From NCBI RefSeq assembly GCF_006345805.1, contig NC_043007.1, positions 30,008,001 through 30,072,000 of the forward strand: a stretch of DNA of 64,000 nucleotides, given 5' to 3'. The notes beneath the pieces were generated by a model, which was not told where the DNA came from, did not search any database, and saw only the letters and a list, made by a program, of their open reading frames with translations. Position numbers and translations under genes: made by a program. Origin of the DNA: Octopus sinensis. Taxonomy: Eukaryota. Positions 1 to 12,859 of this stretch are shown in pieces. Each line of letters opens with the position of its first letter. Position 1 is the first letter of the stretch.

Positions 1-708
1 CGAGATGTACTTCGCTTCATCAACTTAATCGATATATTTGATAAGTTACCTGGTCATTCAGGTGACAGGTGAGATATTTTGGGGTCGCTTGAGTCATTGA
101 ATAAATTAGTTTTGCTTCCCAATTATCGTTGATGGTGTTGTTGTTACTAATCATTAGATGTGTGTATATGTGTATATGTGTGTGTATATGTGTGTAGGAC
201 TTATACATATATAAGAATTAAGATATAAACTCAAATTAGGCAATCATACTTTTAAAAATATTTATGAAATATGAATATATATATAAAATACATAAAAATA
301 CATGTAAATAAAACAAACGTGGGATACGTATGGAAGTGTGAGAAAAAGGGAACTGATAAAAACATTTTTTTGTACTAAAATTAAAAGCAGTTCAGAGTTT
401 CAATTAAAAGATCCACAGAATTCGATGTGTATTTTTATTTTTGTATATAAATGGTATATAAGGTACATAATACAGTTCGGGGAAGTCCACTTCCTACGGC
501 CATTCCAGTATGATTATTTTTTTTTAAATATTCATATTTTTAAGTCGTATTTATAACTGTATGAGTACGGTTGCCTAATTTGAATTTCTATCTTAATTCT
601 CATCTTTGGTCTCGGGTTCAGGCCGAGCACTTCTTAAGCAGTTTTATATTTTTCGTAAGAAAGAACAATAACAATATATGTTTATGCATGGATCTATCTA
701 TCTATCTA

Positions 709-776
<68 letters not shown>

Positions 777-821
777 ATATATATATTATATATATATATT
801 ATCTATCCATCTATCTATCTA

Positions 822-907
<86 letters not shown>

Positions 908-1476
908 TTGTATGTGCATGCATTTGCATGAGTGTATGTGTGTGTGTGTATGTGTGTGTACGTGTGTGTACGTGTGTGTGTGCAAGCTTACGTATGTGTG
1001 TAGGCACCAGCTTCCCGGACTGTTTGTACAAAAGCAGATGAGTCAGGTCCTGCTGGGTGCTGCGGTGTTCAGGTGTGATGAAGGGGAGGCGTTAATCATT
1101 TATCAATAGTCAGTTAAAGAATGGTAACAACAACAACAACAACAGCAAGAGCAACAACAACAACAACAACAACAACAACGGTAACGATGGCGATGACGAT
1201 GACAATGAGGATGATGATAATAACAAAAACAATATTTGTGCACGCTTCGCTGTTTGCATTGTAGTGTTGCAGAGGTGCGGTGGGAGTGAGTGTAGCGGTG
1301 AAAGGGGTAGGAAGGGGGGAACGGGGACTAGCGCTGTGTTTGAAGGGTCTGAAGGTGGGTGTGTGTGACTGTCTTTCTTCTGTCCCTCCTTTCCAACCGT
1401 CTTCAGAAGTATGCGTCATACGTATATACCAATACGTATATGTATGTGCGTGTGTGTGTGTGTGTGTGTGTGCGTG

Positions 1477-1517
<41 letters not shown>

Positions 1518-1626
1518 TACATTTATATATGAAGATATATAAAGATACGGATGGTTATATGTTCATGTACACGTGCGAAGATGTGTCACTGTCTACGCAT
1601 ACATACACATTATCATATATCATCAT

Positions 1627-1695
<69 letters not shown>

Positions 1696-1807
1696 GTAAG
1701 TGTTGCGTGTGTGTATGTATATATATTCGTATATATATATATATATAGATGTATATATGTATATATATGTATGTATATATGTGTAGACAGTGACACATAT
1801 ACATACG

Positions 1808-1856
<49 letters not shown>

Positions 1857-2454
1857 GTGTGTGTGTGTGTGTTTGTGTGTGTGTGCCTTTTGCATGCACA
1901 TATACTTTCATATTAGATGTCTTGTTTTACTGATAACCTTTCCTATTTGATATCTAAGGAGTGTGTAAATGTATGCACGTATGTATATACATGTGTATTA
2001 CATGAATATACACATACACACATATACATGCACTGATATATCTACCTTTCCATGTATTTATGAGTGTATGTATGCATGTGTGCGTGTGTGTGTGTCCATG
2101 CGCATGTTAGAATGTGTGTGTGTGTGTGCACGTGCATGCGTGTGTGTGTTGACACCGGAGTTTCTTCTCGTCCCTCTCTCTTCATTCTCCTTATTTATTG
2201 AATTTTCAATCATTTGTTGCTGTTGTTGGCAAACCTCCAAAACTCATCCCACCCCTAGCCCCATAAAAACTCATCAAGTCTCGATTTCATGTCAAAGGTC
2301 AACAAACAATGTCAGCCTGGGTCAACACACACACACACTCGGGAACACATACGCAGGTTCGCATACGCACACATACATGTATATCGTTTTCATTAAAACT
2401 GAAGACCAGATCTTGTCTCGCAACTCGAGTTTCATGTCACTCTGCGATCTTCTG

Positions 2455-2514
<60 letters not shown>

Positions 2515-2684
2515 TAAAGGGAGATTTGTCAAATAATTTGTCAAATAAGCATTGAAACTTTACCATAAATTCACAATTTCCACAGCGTATTTCGGAACCG
2601 ATTGTGGCAGACCAAGAATAGTTGAGTCATGGCTGACAGGTTTCTATTACCCTGCATCCTCGCGTCTCTCTCCCCCTCTCTCTC

Positions 2685-2764
<80 letters not shown>

Positions 2765-2904
2765 ATATATATATACATATATATATGTATATATATATTT
2801 GTATATATATATATGTGTGTGTGTATGTATATTTATATAAATATATCTATAGTGTTTGTGTGTGTCTGTTTGCAACACCCTAACCACTATGTGCATGATC
2901 TAAT

Positions 2905-3170
2905 GATTTCGGTGTTTCACACACTGACGCTAGCTTGTGAGTTCGATTCCCTGATCGAGCAGTGCGCGATATTCATGGGCAAAGCACTTCATTTTTACTC
3001 CCCTGTAAATGGGTAACCCTGTAATTGACTATCTTCCGATCAGGGCGGAATATTGGCTCACTCGCCTAGCCAGCAGGCTGGAATCATTCAAAAACTAAAA
3101 CGATGCAAAGTGTATTGTGATAGCGATGTATGACAATATCCGATGTTCTGGTCGATTACGTGATCACGCA
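2905..3170 (+). mobile_element. Degenerate tRNA-derived SINE
   Basis: B-box-like GAGTTCGATTCCC. Tail GTGATAGCGATGTATGACAATATCCGATGTTCTGGTCGATTACGTG resembles the tail of the copy at 44108-44410. Boundaries approximate. Confidence 0.55.
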
Positions 3171-3884
3171 ACATAAACATCTCCGGCGCCGCTTTTTCAC
3201 CCCTTCTAATTTTGCCTCGGTTCAAGTGATATTTTGGGCCCTTTGCCCCTGTTTTGTTATTCTTGAAATACGCAATGTAGACAATTCCAAGTATCTACAT
3301 TCTTCCAACGAACCCTGGAATTGTATAATTTCATAATTGACTTTTCTGGCTTACTGAAACTGGCCGGTCTGAATAAAACGCTAAGGGCGTAACTTCGAAA
3401 TCAGTCACTAAGACTGTGATAAATATTTTAAACATATATTGAGTGCTTTATTCATCCAAGGCTTACTAGCTTTCTGTATAGACGAACTCTTTTTTTAAAC
3501 GTATATATACATATGTTTGTGCGTTTATATATATACACATATACTTCGCAAGTACACTTATGGACTTACACATTTTATATATTTATATTTATGAATTTAT
3601 ATATATTTATAAATTTTCGTGTATATGTATGTATTTATGAATTTTTGGAAAATTGTTTTGTATATCATATAAATGAATGTATCTATGTATGTACCTTGTA
3701 TGCCATGGAGAATTTCGTTAATATAGATTGAATGAATATATACATCGACCTTCGAATTTGTTTTCTCCTCTCCTTAATTTTATATTCCTGAAGCTCTATC
3801 AGAGCGCTAATCGGTTGAGCTGTATAACACTTATTTCTTCATTATATATATGTATGTACATACATATAAATATTATATATATAT

Positions 3885-4070
3885 CGATTATATAGTGAGC
3901 ATTTACAAAAAAACAAAAGACGAAGACGGGTGTGTAAACAGAAACAGATGTATTAGTTTAACGCTTGGGAAGTGAGAAAGTCTTTTACGTTTCGAGCCTA
4001 CGCTCTTCAACAGAAAGGAACACAGAAATAAACAGGGAGAAAATAAAAAGGTATTTTGGCAAGCGATATA
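3885..4070 (-). mobile_element. Short Penelope-type tail fragment with an HHR-like motif, between (TA)n tracts
   Basis: HHR-like fold at 3982-4017 followed on the minus strand by a T-rich tail ending in (TA)n. Boundaries approximate. Confidence 0.5.
3982..4017 (-). ncRNA. Type I minimal hammerhead-like motif, core variant CUGUUGA
   Basis: Minus strand reads CUUU CUGUUGA A GAGC(GUAG)GCUC GAAAC GUA AAAG. Stem I CUUU/AAAG, stem II 4 bp, palindromic ACGU stem III, GUA triplet. A6 of the core is replaced by U. Confidence 0.55.
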
Positions 4071-4079
4071 TGTATAATA

Positions 4080-4125
<46 letters not shown>

Positions 4126-4182
4126 TTATATGGATATAAATTTATGCATATAGATATGTGTACATAAATGAAAGCATATATT

Positions 4183-4251
4183 TACGCATGAGTGTGAGAT
4201 TGTGTGTGTTGTGTGTTGTGTGTGTGTGCTAAGTAGCTGCAGATGTAATTA

Positions 4252-4282
<31 letters not shown>

Positions 4283-4584
4283 TATATATATATATATTAT
4301 ATATATATATATATAATGTATGTATGTATGTATATATATGTATATACACGCTGCAGAAGAATACATGTGGGCATATGAGTGAGTGGCGGGTCATCGACAG
4401 GCAATAGTATTTCAAGTGGACCAGAAAACATGTTCAAGATGTAAAGAGAGCAATTAGCACCGACCAACCCATCAGATTCTAGTGAGTGGTGGTCACTTGC
4501 AGCTTTTACTTAATGGCCTTATGACGTCAATGTCACATAAGAGCAATACACTGTCTTTCACCATACTCTTTCTCTCTCTCTCTT

Positions 4585-4620
<36 letters not shown>

Positions 4621-5292
4621 TCTTTCTCACATTTATTACATAGAGACTGGCTTAGTTTACACCTGCCACTCCACTCGCTAGATCACTCTCAGTGTCAAAT
4701 GATGGAAACTGTGTCCTTATAAGTATATACATATGTACGCATGGTTGTGTGGTGTGTGTGTGTGTGTGTGGTGTGTGTGTGCTAAGTACGTGTAGCTGCA
4801 TGTAATTATGTGTGTGTGTGTATATAGATATATATATATAGATATATATATAAATATATAATATATATATATATATAAGTATGTATGTATGTATATATAT
4901 GTATAGACACGCTGCAGAAGAATACATGTGGGCATATGAGTGAGTGGGGGTCATCGACAGGCAATAGTATTTCAAGTGGACCAGAAAAATGTTCAAGATG
5001 TAAAGAGAGCAATTAGCACCGACCAACCCATCAGATTCTAGTGAGTGGTGGTCACTTGCAGCTTTTACTTAATGGCCTTATGACGTCAATGTCACATAAG
5101 AGCAATACACTGTTCACACCATACTCTTTCTCTCTTCTCTCTTTCTTTCTCTCTCTCTCTCTCTCTCTCTCTCCCTCTCTTTCTCACATTTATTACATAG
5201 AGACTGGCTTAGTTTACACCTGCCACTCCACTCGCTAGATCACTCTCAGTGTCAAATGATGGAAACTGTGTCCTTATAAGTATATACATATG
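4183..5292. repeat. Direct tandem duplication of a ~555-bp unit (4183-4735, 4736-5292)
   Basis: Non-microsatellite parts are nearly identical. Differences are small indels and microsatellite lengths. Confidence 0.85.
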
Positions 5293-5296
5293 TACG

Positions 5297-5329
<33 letters not shown>

Positions 5330-5759
5330 TGGGTATTTATATTAATATTTAGCAGAAGCAACAGAGTGATTCAAGCCAGCAAGTTTCATGCATTAGCACG
5401 TCAGTGCTAACGCACCTATATATATATATGTATGTATATGTGTATGTATATATACTTATATGCATATGTGTATGTATGTACATAACTATATATGTGTGTG
5501 TCTATAATGATTGCATGTGTACTTCAGTGTTTGAGAGAAGAAAGAGAGAAAGCGAAAGAGTTTTAAGTGACTTGTTCCTTCTTTCTCTCTTTGAGTATGT
5601 AACACTTTTTCACTCTGTTTATGAAAATACCGATCCCACGAGAAACACGCGCGCACACACACACACACATGTATAAATACATACATACATACATACATAC
5701 TTACATACATACATACATGTACATATGCTATTACATACGCTTTCACACGCATCTAAAAA

Positions 5760-6510
5760 CACATGCACCAGTGCCATAGTCTGAATTGTTGACACTTGAC
5801 ACTGTCTCCGTACAAGAGACCCTCCGTTTTGGTTGCAACGTTTGTCGTCTCCCATTTGCAATGACTTCTCCTGTATATTCTGCCGGACAGGCAAACCCCG
5901 TTTCTTCATTCTGTGTACCCTTATCATCGTAGAGCCACATGCATCGACGTCATATTGCAAGTGGTCACGTGAAACGGTGCAACTTCAGCAGCTGAGGTGT
6001 TCACTGGTGTCCTACTAAGTGCAGCGTTGTCACTTTCCATCTTCGTCAGAGTTCTGAACTTCGCCCTGTCCAGGCGAACAGATGGAGTTGAAGAGTTGTG
6101 CTTCGCTACGACACCAAAAACATCAAAGAGTCTTGCTTAAGTAGCATTGATTGACATTCCCTTTGTCGACGTCAATACTTTGTTGTATGAAACCACAGAT
6201 GCTCAAGACTCTGTCAAGAGTCGAAACCGAGTGCAACAAAGTCAGTATACACCCCACTGCTAAGAAAACGGAATACATTTTCTATAATGTAATTGACCAC
6301 AAGCCGTTGAAACATTCAGCTTATTCGTCCTAAGAGATTACGAGTTCTTTGACTTCAACAGCTTGAAATATCTTCACAATGGACTCAGTGAGGGACATGA
6401 AAGAGCTTGAAGGGTTTGCCTTGAAAACTCTCGATGATATGAAGAGTATATAGGCATCGAACATCTCCAAACAACTCGAGAAGAGAAACCTCAAAACAAT
6501 GTTCGGAACA
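5760..6510 (-). mobile_element. Highly degenerate LINE (RTE-like) 3' fragment
   Basis: Frameshifted peptides (RVHRMKKRGLP; GRRQTLQPKRR) loosely resemble the post-RT RTE motifs GHVxRM..RLPK and GxRxxGRPKxR. Confidence 0.3.
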
Positions 6511-6577
6511 ATCATTTAGGTACATTATTTACATTATTTACATTTGACGGATATTTGTCCTCATCTTGTTTGTTGTT

Positions 6578-6623
6578 AGCACAACGTTTCGGCTGATATA
6601 GCCTCCAGCCGTCATCAGGCGTC
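6578..6623 (-). ncRNA. Type I minimal hammerhead ribozyme motif
   Basis: GACGC CUGAUGA C GGCUG(loop)CAGCC GAAAC GUU GUGCU. Core intact, stem I imperfect. Confidence 0.65.
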
Positions 6624-6815
6624 TTGGGGAAATTTCGAACCTGGGTTCTCATTCCTAGGGCATTTTTCGGTGTTGTTGTTGTTGTTATTATCCAGGTCAC
6701 TGCCTGGAATAGCACTCGGAATCTTGGGGTTAGTAGTCCGCGCTCTTAACTACTACTCCATATGCCTGTGGGTATATGGCATAGTGGTTTTTTACCGGGT
6801 TCGAAATTTCCCCAA

Positions 6816-6861
6816 GACACCTGATGAAGGCTGGAGGGTATATCAGCCGAAACCTTGTGTT
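6816..6861 (+). ncRNA. Type I hammerhead motif with mutated cleavage triplet
   Basis: GACAC CUGAUGA A GGCUG(GAGGGUAUAU)CAGCC GAAAC CUU GUGUU. G at 16.2 is replaced by C (6854), breaking the ACGU palindrome. Confidence 0.55.
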
Positions 6862-7488
6862 AACAACAAACAAGATGAGGACAAATACCCGTCAATTGTA
6901 AATAATGTAAATAATGTACATAAATTCCTCATCTCTTAAATATAGAACTGAATCCTTTGTGTGTTTGAAGCCTAGATCCCCATCACATGGTCAACGCTGA
7001 GTGACACTGAATCTTATCAGATATTCTTTGGACGATCTAGAGCTGTTGACCATCCAAGTCATCACTTCGAAAGTGACCCATGAGAGGATGAATTGTAGAC
7101 ATTCTTCCTCGCAAAACAATGGTCAGGGTTCCGATGGACGGATTGTGGCGTTATGAGAGGCGATGAAATTAGAGGGGTGGTGGTGGGGGGGATAAATGGT
7201 AAGTCTGCTAATGTAGCTGATGTGAGTGTTGAAAGGATTCAACAGAGATTCGGTTTGTGGCTGATGTTGGCGCCTGAAAATTTGTGGAGAGTTGGTGACC
7301 AGATACAAACAAGGGAGATCACGTTGATTGTCCTAATTCCTTTTATATCGACTTAGTTACCTCAAGGCAGTTGATAATGTTAGATGTGTATCTAACACTC
7401 AACTTGGGCCTGGAAACCCTAAAACCAATAAGATACAACCGCCATAAGTCTCTGTCTCTTTCTCTCTTTCTTTCCCTCTCTTTCTCTT

Positions 7489-7520
<32 letters not shown>

Positions 7521-8218
7521 ATAGATACCCACGTTTGCTCATTGAGTTCCTTTCAATCTCACACCACATTTACCTACATACATCGATGATCACCATAATA
7601 TATAACATTGAACAAACTTATATGAATTCCCGCCATATTCCCCATCAACATTTCACTTCTAATACGGGATGGTCACGACTGGAAATGTCTTTGAACAACG
7701 GTCTACTTGACCGAGTCTGGCCTGTAGTTAAGCAACAACAACAACAGCAGCAGCAACGAAACATCACTTTTAACTATCACACCATAGACACCTCCTAACC
7801 CAACATCACCACCACCACTACCGCATCCTTCACAATTACCTTCATTTCTATACAACTACCACCATTAACAATTCATTCTCTGATATAACCACCACCACCG
7901 CCGCCACCGCCACCATGTTAAGCCTTTCACCAGCCTTCATTATCTATACCCTTACCCTTCGTCTCCCCTACCTCTACCTCACATCGCTAATACCCTAATT
8001 CCCCAAGCTGACAACACCGCTGCCACCGCCACCCTCACATCCCTCACCATCACCACCGCCTCCCACCGCCCCATTTCACCTCCAAGACAAACTTACAAAA
8101 TGATGACAACATTGCGATGATAAAAATTAAATTGGGATACAATTAACAATTTCTGCAACAATGTAATTAATCTGCCATCGCACACAGGAAGACATGCAAT
8201 AATAATAATAATAATAAC

Positions 8219-8274
<56 letters not shown>

Positions 8275-9409
8275 CAACAACAACGATAATGAGAATGATA
8301 ATCACAGCGAAAGCCGCGATTGTGATAATGGTGTCTTGATTTGGCGTGAAGGCATTTGTAAAGCAATTAGTGTTACGTATTTCTGTCGACGTGGGTCACA
8401 GGAATTCACATAACGAGTCATCACGGAGAGATATTAATTCGTTGGTCGTTCATCCAGATAATCCAAATCTAAATGACTCAAGGTTTACAGGGAAGCTGTG
8501 AGGATGTTCATGCTTTTCTGTATATTTTATATTTATTTTATTTGTTTTGGTTTTGGTTTCGTAGTGTAAGAAGTAAATATAAAAAGAAGTTTCTTCGACC
8601 GGAAGTGAAAAACTGGATCGCTGACCGAGTCAGATCATTACAGACCCTTCTGTTTCCTCTCAGACAACTGTTAGCCATACGACTTAGCTTTTAATGAGGA
8701 ATTATGGCTGGAGTTATCTTGTTTTGGCACCAAGAAATAATAATTGTCACACCGTCTCTTTCCACATATTTCAGGAAATTCTTCCACAAGAGTTTCTCGT
8801 AATTATTATTGCTGTCCTTGTTAACCTCGGGTCAACTTCACTCATGCAGGGATAAGAGACGGTCTGCTGATTACCGTTCCATTTATAATTAGGAATATAT
8901 TATACAATTTTTTTGGCGAAGGTAGGAAGATGGGGTTGGGGTTGGTATGCTCATCCTAGCGCCTGGTTTAGTACCACTTCCTGGTTAATGATGGAATTTT
9001 AGCAGAATTTATTCCGCTGCACTGTAAGGACTCGATCAGGGATTATCGACATGGATTATCGTATTCTCATGGCTTAACGACGCCGTCTGCACTTTCCCAG
9101 ATGTATAAAACTGAATCTAAACTCCCCTGTCTCTAACATCTGTGATTTCTGATTTAACCAAGGTCCTTCGCCTTCGAAATGGAACGTTCGGGTGCGGCTT
9201 TGTGAGCACTGGCCATTTGCTAGGTCTGACTGGATATTCAGCTTGTGTTTGCATCAGTATGGTTTGGCACCAGAGACCAACACACAATACACCACGCAGC
9301 TAGTTTGAGTGAGAGAGAAGGAGGGAGAGATTACGCATATATACAGTCATAACTGGAGACTCATACCTATGAACTGAGAGAGCGAGAAAAAGAAGAAGAT
9401 AGAGCTAGA

Positions 9410-9421
9410 GAAAGAGAGAAG

Positions 9422-9519
<98 letters not shown>

Positions 9520-9649
9520 AAGAGAGAACGAGAGCAACATTAAAATGATAGAAATTTTAAGATTTTTGATATCAAATGAGCGTTAAATTAGCGACGGCAA
9601 ATAGGCAGCGGCAAAACGCCTGTGCCAAAATGTCTCATACCTCTTACAC

Positions 9650-9700
<51 letters not shown>

Positions 9701-9730
9701 TGTAGTAGTAGTTGTTGTAGTTGTAGTAGT
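9410..9730. repeat. (GA/GAAA)n and (GTA/GTT)n microsatellites
   Basis: Seen directly. Confidence 0.9.
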
Positions 9731-11079
9731 AGCCGCAGTAGCAGTAATAGTTGCCGTCGTTGTAGTGGTAGTAGAGTTGTGGTTGTGGTCATGATAGTGG
9801 TGGAAGGTTGGGGTGATAAGATGAAAGAAATGGTAGTTCTGTTGTTGTTGTTGTTGTTGGTGGTGGTGGTGACAGCGTCGGTGATAGGGGTGGTGGTGAT
9901 GATGTGTTTAATTAGAGGTGTGGAGTTGGTGTCTATGCAGCCATAAGAAATGATTAACCGAACAATTGTTAATTATTGTCAAATATTTGGGGTCCATTAA
10001 ACACATTGTCAAAATTCGTTCACCTTCCACATATCAAACCGATTTCGCATCGATGTCACATCAACCCCACCCCACCACCACCACCACAACCACCACCACC
10101 ACCACCACCACCGCTGCCGCCGCCGCCGCCGCCGCTGTAATCGTCTTCGTCATTGTTATTATTATTGTTGTTTAGTTGAGGTGCTCTTTTTTTTTTCTGA
10201 CGGAAATCAGAATTCTTCTTTCGAACAATTATCTGCCACCACCACCACCACCACCACTATTACTAACCCTTACCCTCATCATCATCATCACCATCATCAT
10301 CGTCATCATCGTCATCATTAGCGTTGTCGTCATCATTGCCGTCGTTCTTATTAACCTCGATTATAATTAAAGGAAATGAGTTTATGTGACAAAACGGTTT
10401 TGTCTGTCATTGCAATGTTTCTTATTGTTAAATTCACCTTGCATCGCCTCCACCACTCAACCCCGCACCCCACCTCTCAAATTCCACCCCACTCAAATTC
10501 CATCCCTGAATACCTTCCCGCTCTTCCTCCTCCACTCACCGAGCCGCAAGAACATATAACTACCTAAAAACCCCTAAAGAATCAACCAGCCACCACCACC
10601 ACCACCACCATCACCCCCACCGCAGTAATAATTAAATACAGGAGAGTATAACAATACATTAAAAAAAATAGAGGTGGGGAGAGAAATCAACTAGAATAAA
10701 AGACATTCCTTTATTCTTGAATAATAGAGGAATTATCAAAGAATAATGGTTTTCGTAATCCTTAGGGAACAATTTCAAACATTATACAACTGATGGCAGT
10801 TGGAAGGAGATGTTCTGAAAGAGTCGCTCTCTTCATATCTGTGCTGCCCAACCATTTACGTCAGAGGATCCGCTTCGAGTTTGCCCCGAAGAAAACGCAC
10901 GTCCCACCACAAACGGACAGAATTAATTATTACTGAAAAGCTCCGATTTCCTATACTCAGAGTAGCTCGTTTCAGTTATAATGCATTACAGAATGCTCTA
11001 CATTTGTATCGAGTCCTGAAATTTATTACTTCTGGCAGATCAGCAGACACATACATAGATACATACATACATACATACA

Positions 11080-11111
<32 letters not shown>

Positions 11112-11112
11112 C

Positions 11113-11207
<95 letters not shown>

Positions 11208-11929
11208 CAGTAGATGAAAATTTTTGTTTTGGAAACTTCGAGAAATATCAAGTAGATCATTCTAACGGCGGAACTCGAAGTAGATAAAGCTATAAATATA
11301 GCGTGTAAAATATTGGGTTAGAAAAGCCCTTGGGTAGCCAAAAGACGAAGGTTTTCGTTCATGCAGAGAAGTTACCTTTCGTTTTAATCTAAACTTAAAA
11401 GCAAGTTTTGTCTGGATTTTGAAGTAATAACCAACACCTCCCTAAACTGATGCCACAGGCTTCCATAAGAAATCTTAGCTTGTCCGGTTCCTTCGAGAGG
11501 GAACCCGTCTCCAGAAAATATCCTGTATGAGGATATACCCAGTATTCGGTGAGCAGCGTCCCTGCAATTAATAAGATTCAGGTAAATCCTATATATTACT
11601 ACATGTCTTTTTGTGAAGTTCCCGTGTACTTCTGCGTGTGGGTGTGTGTGTGAGGTGGGGGTCTGTGTATGTGTGTATGTGCGTGGGTGCGTGGGTGCGT
11701 GGGTGCGTGGGTGCGTGGGTGCGTGGGTGCGTGGGTGTATTTATAAATATATGTTTCGTGTATGCGTTTGTTTATGTTTCTGGACGCATATTTACAAAGA
11801 GTTAGATGTGTGCGATATTTCTAGAGATATTTTATAACCATGTCTCTCTCTCTCTGACCGTCGTCCATCTCTCTTATCAGTCTATCAGTCAGTTTCTTTA
11901 TCTCTCTTTCTCTCCTTCTCTCTTCTCCA

Positions 11930-11969
<40 letters not shown>

Positions 11970-12188
11970 TGTGTGTGTGTGTGTGTAATGTAGTTACGTA
12001 CACAGACAAATGCACATGTAACGGTTTCAGCATGTTGAAAATGCAACACGTCCTCAGAAAGTGCAGCATGGTGGCTGACCAGCGGATCGGGTTTAGCTGT
12101 TCTGGTCAGCTGGAGCAGTACATCACGAGCAATACCCGTCCTGCCGTTCGTTCGTCAGTTCGTCTGTCTGTCTGTCTGTCTCTCTCTC

Positions 12189-12241
<53 letters not shown>

Positions 12242-12370
12242 TCTCTCTCTCTCTCTCTCCTCTCTCTCTCCCTTTCTCACACACACACACACAAACTTAG
12301 CGGTATCGTAGATGACAATGTACGGAAATAATATTGTTTTTTTGAACGTAAATTAATTTACTTACATACA

Positions 12371-12452
<82 letters not shown>

Positions 12453-12469
12453 CTCTATCTATCTATCTC

Positions 12470-12523
<54 letters not shown>

Positions 12524-12809
12524 GATCTATCCTTTTATCTATCTATATTTGTTTCCCCATTTTATCTCTCATTGTTTCACTCTACATCCATTCATTTATG
12601 CGTACATACATACTCGCATACAAACATAAATATAGGAAAATTACATATATATATATATGATATACTATACAATACACACATACACACCACACACATATAC
12701 ACATACATATATATATATATACATATATGCATATATATACATGCATGCATATCTGAATATACATAAACATATAACTATATGTGTATGTATCTATGTTGGT
12801 ATATAATAT

Positions 12810-12859
<50 letters not shown>

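Larger units (their letters stand above)
6515..6950. mobile_element. Head-to-head inverted pair of a tRNA-headed, HHR-tailed SINE (full copy on minus, 6766 to 6515; internally deleted copy on plus, ~6770-6950)
   Basis: tRNA-like head 6695-6766 (minus), (AAT/AAC)n linker 6671-6691, HHR tail. The plus arm has ~20 nt of head (GGGTATATGGCATAGTGGTT, an A-box) joined directly to the tail. Same family as 61494-62575. Confidence 0.8.

Noticed and set aside
3787-3830. CUGAA-GCUCU/AGAGC hairpin
   Set aside because: Core incomplete and GAAA absent.
11486-11540. Two adjacent hairpins (GGTTCC/GGAACC and ATATCCT/AGGATAT)
   Set aside because: Short stems in probable decayed repeat sequence with no supporting context.
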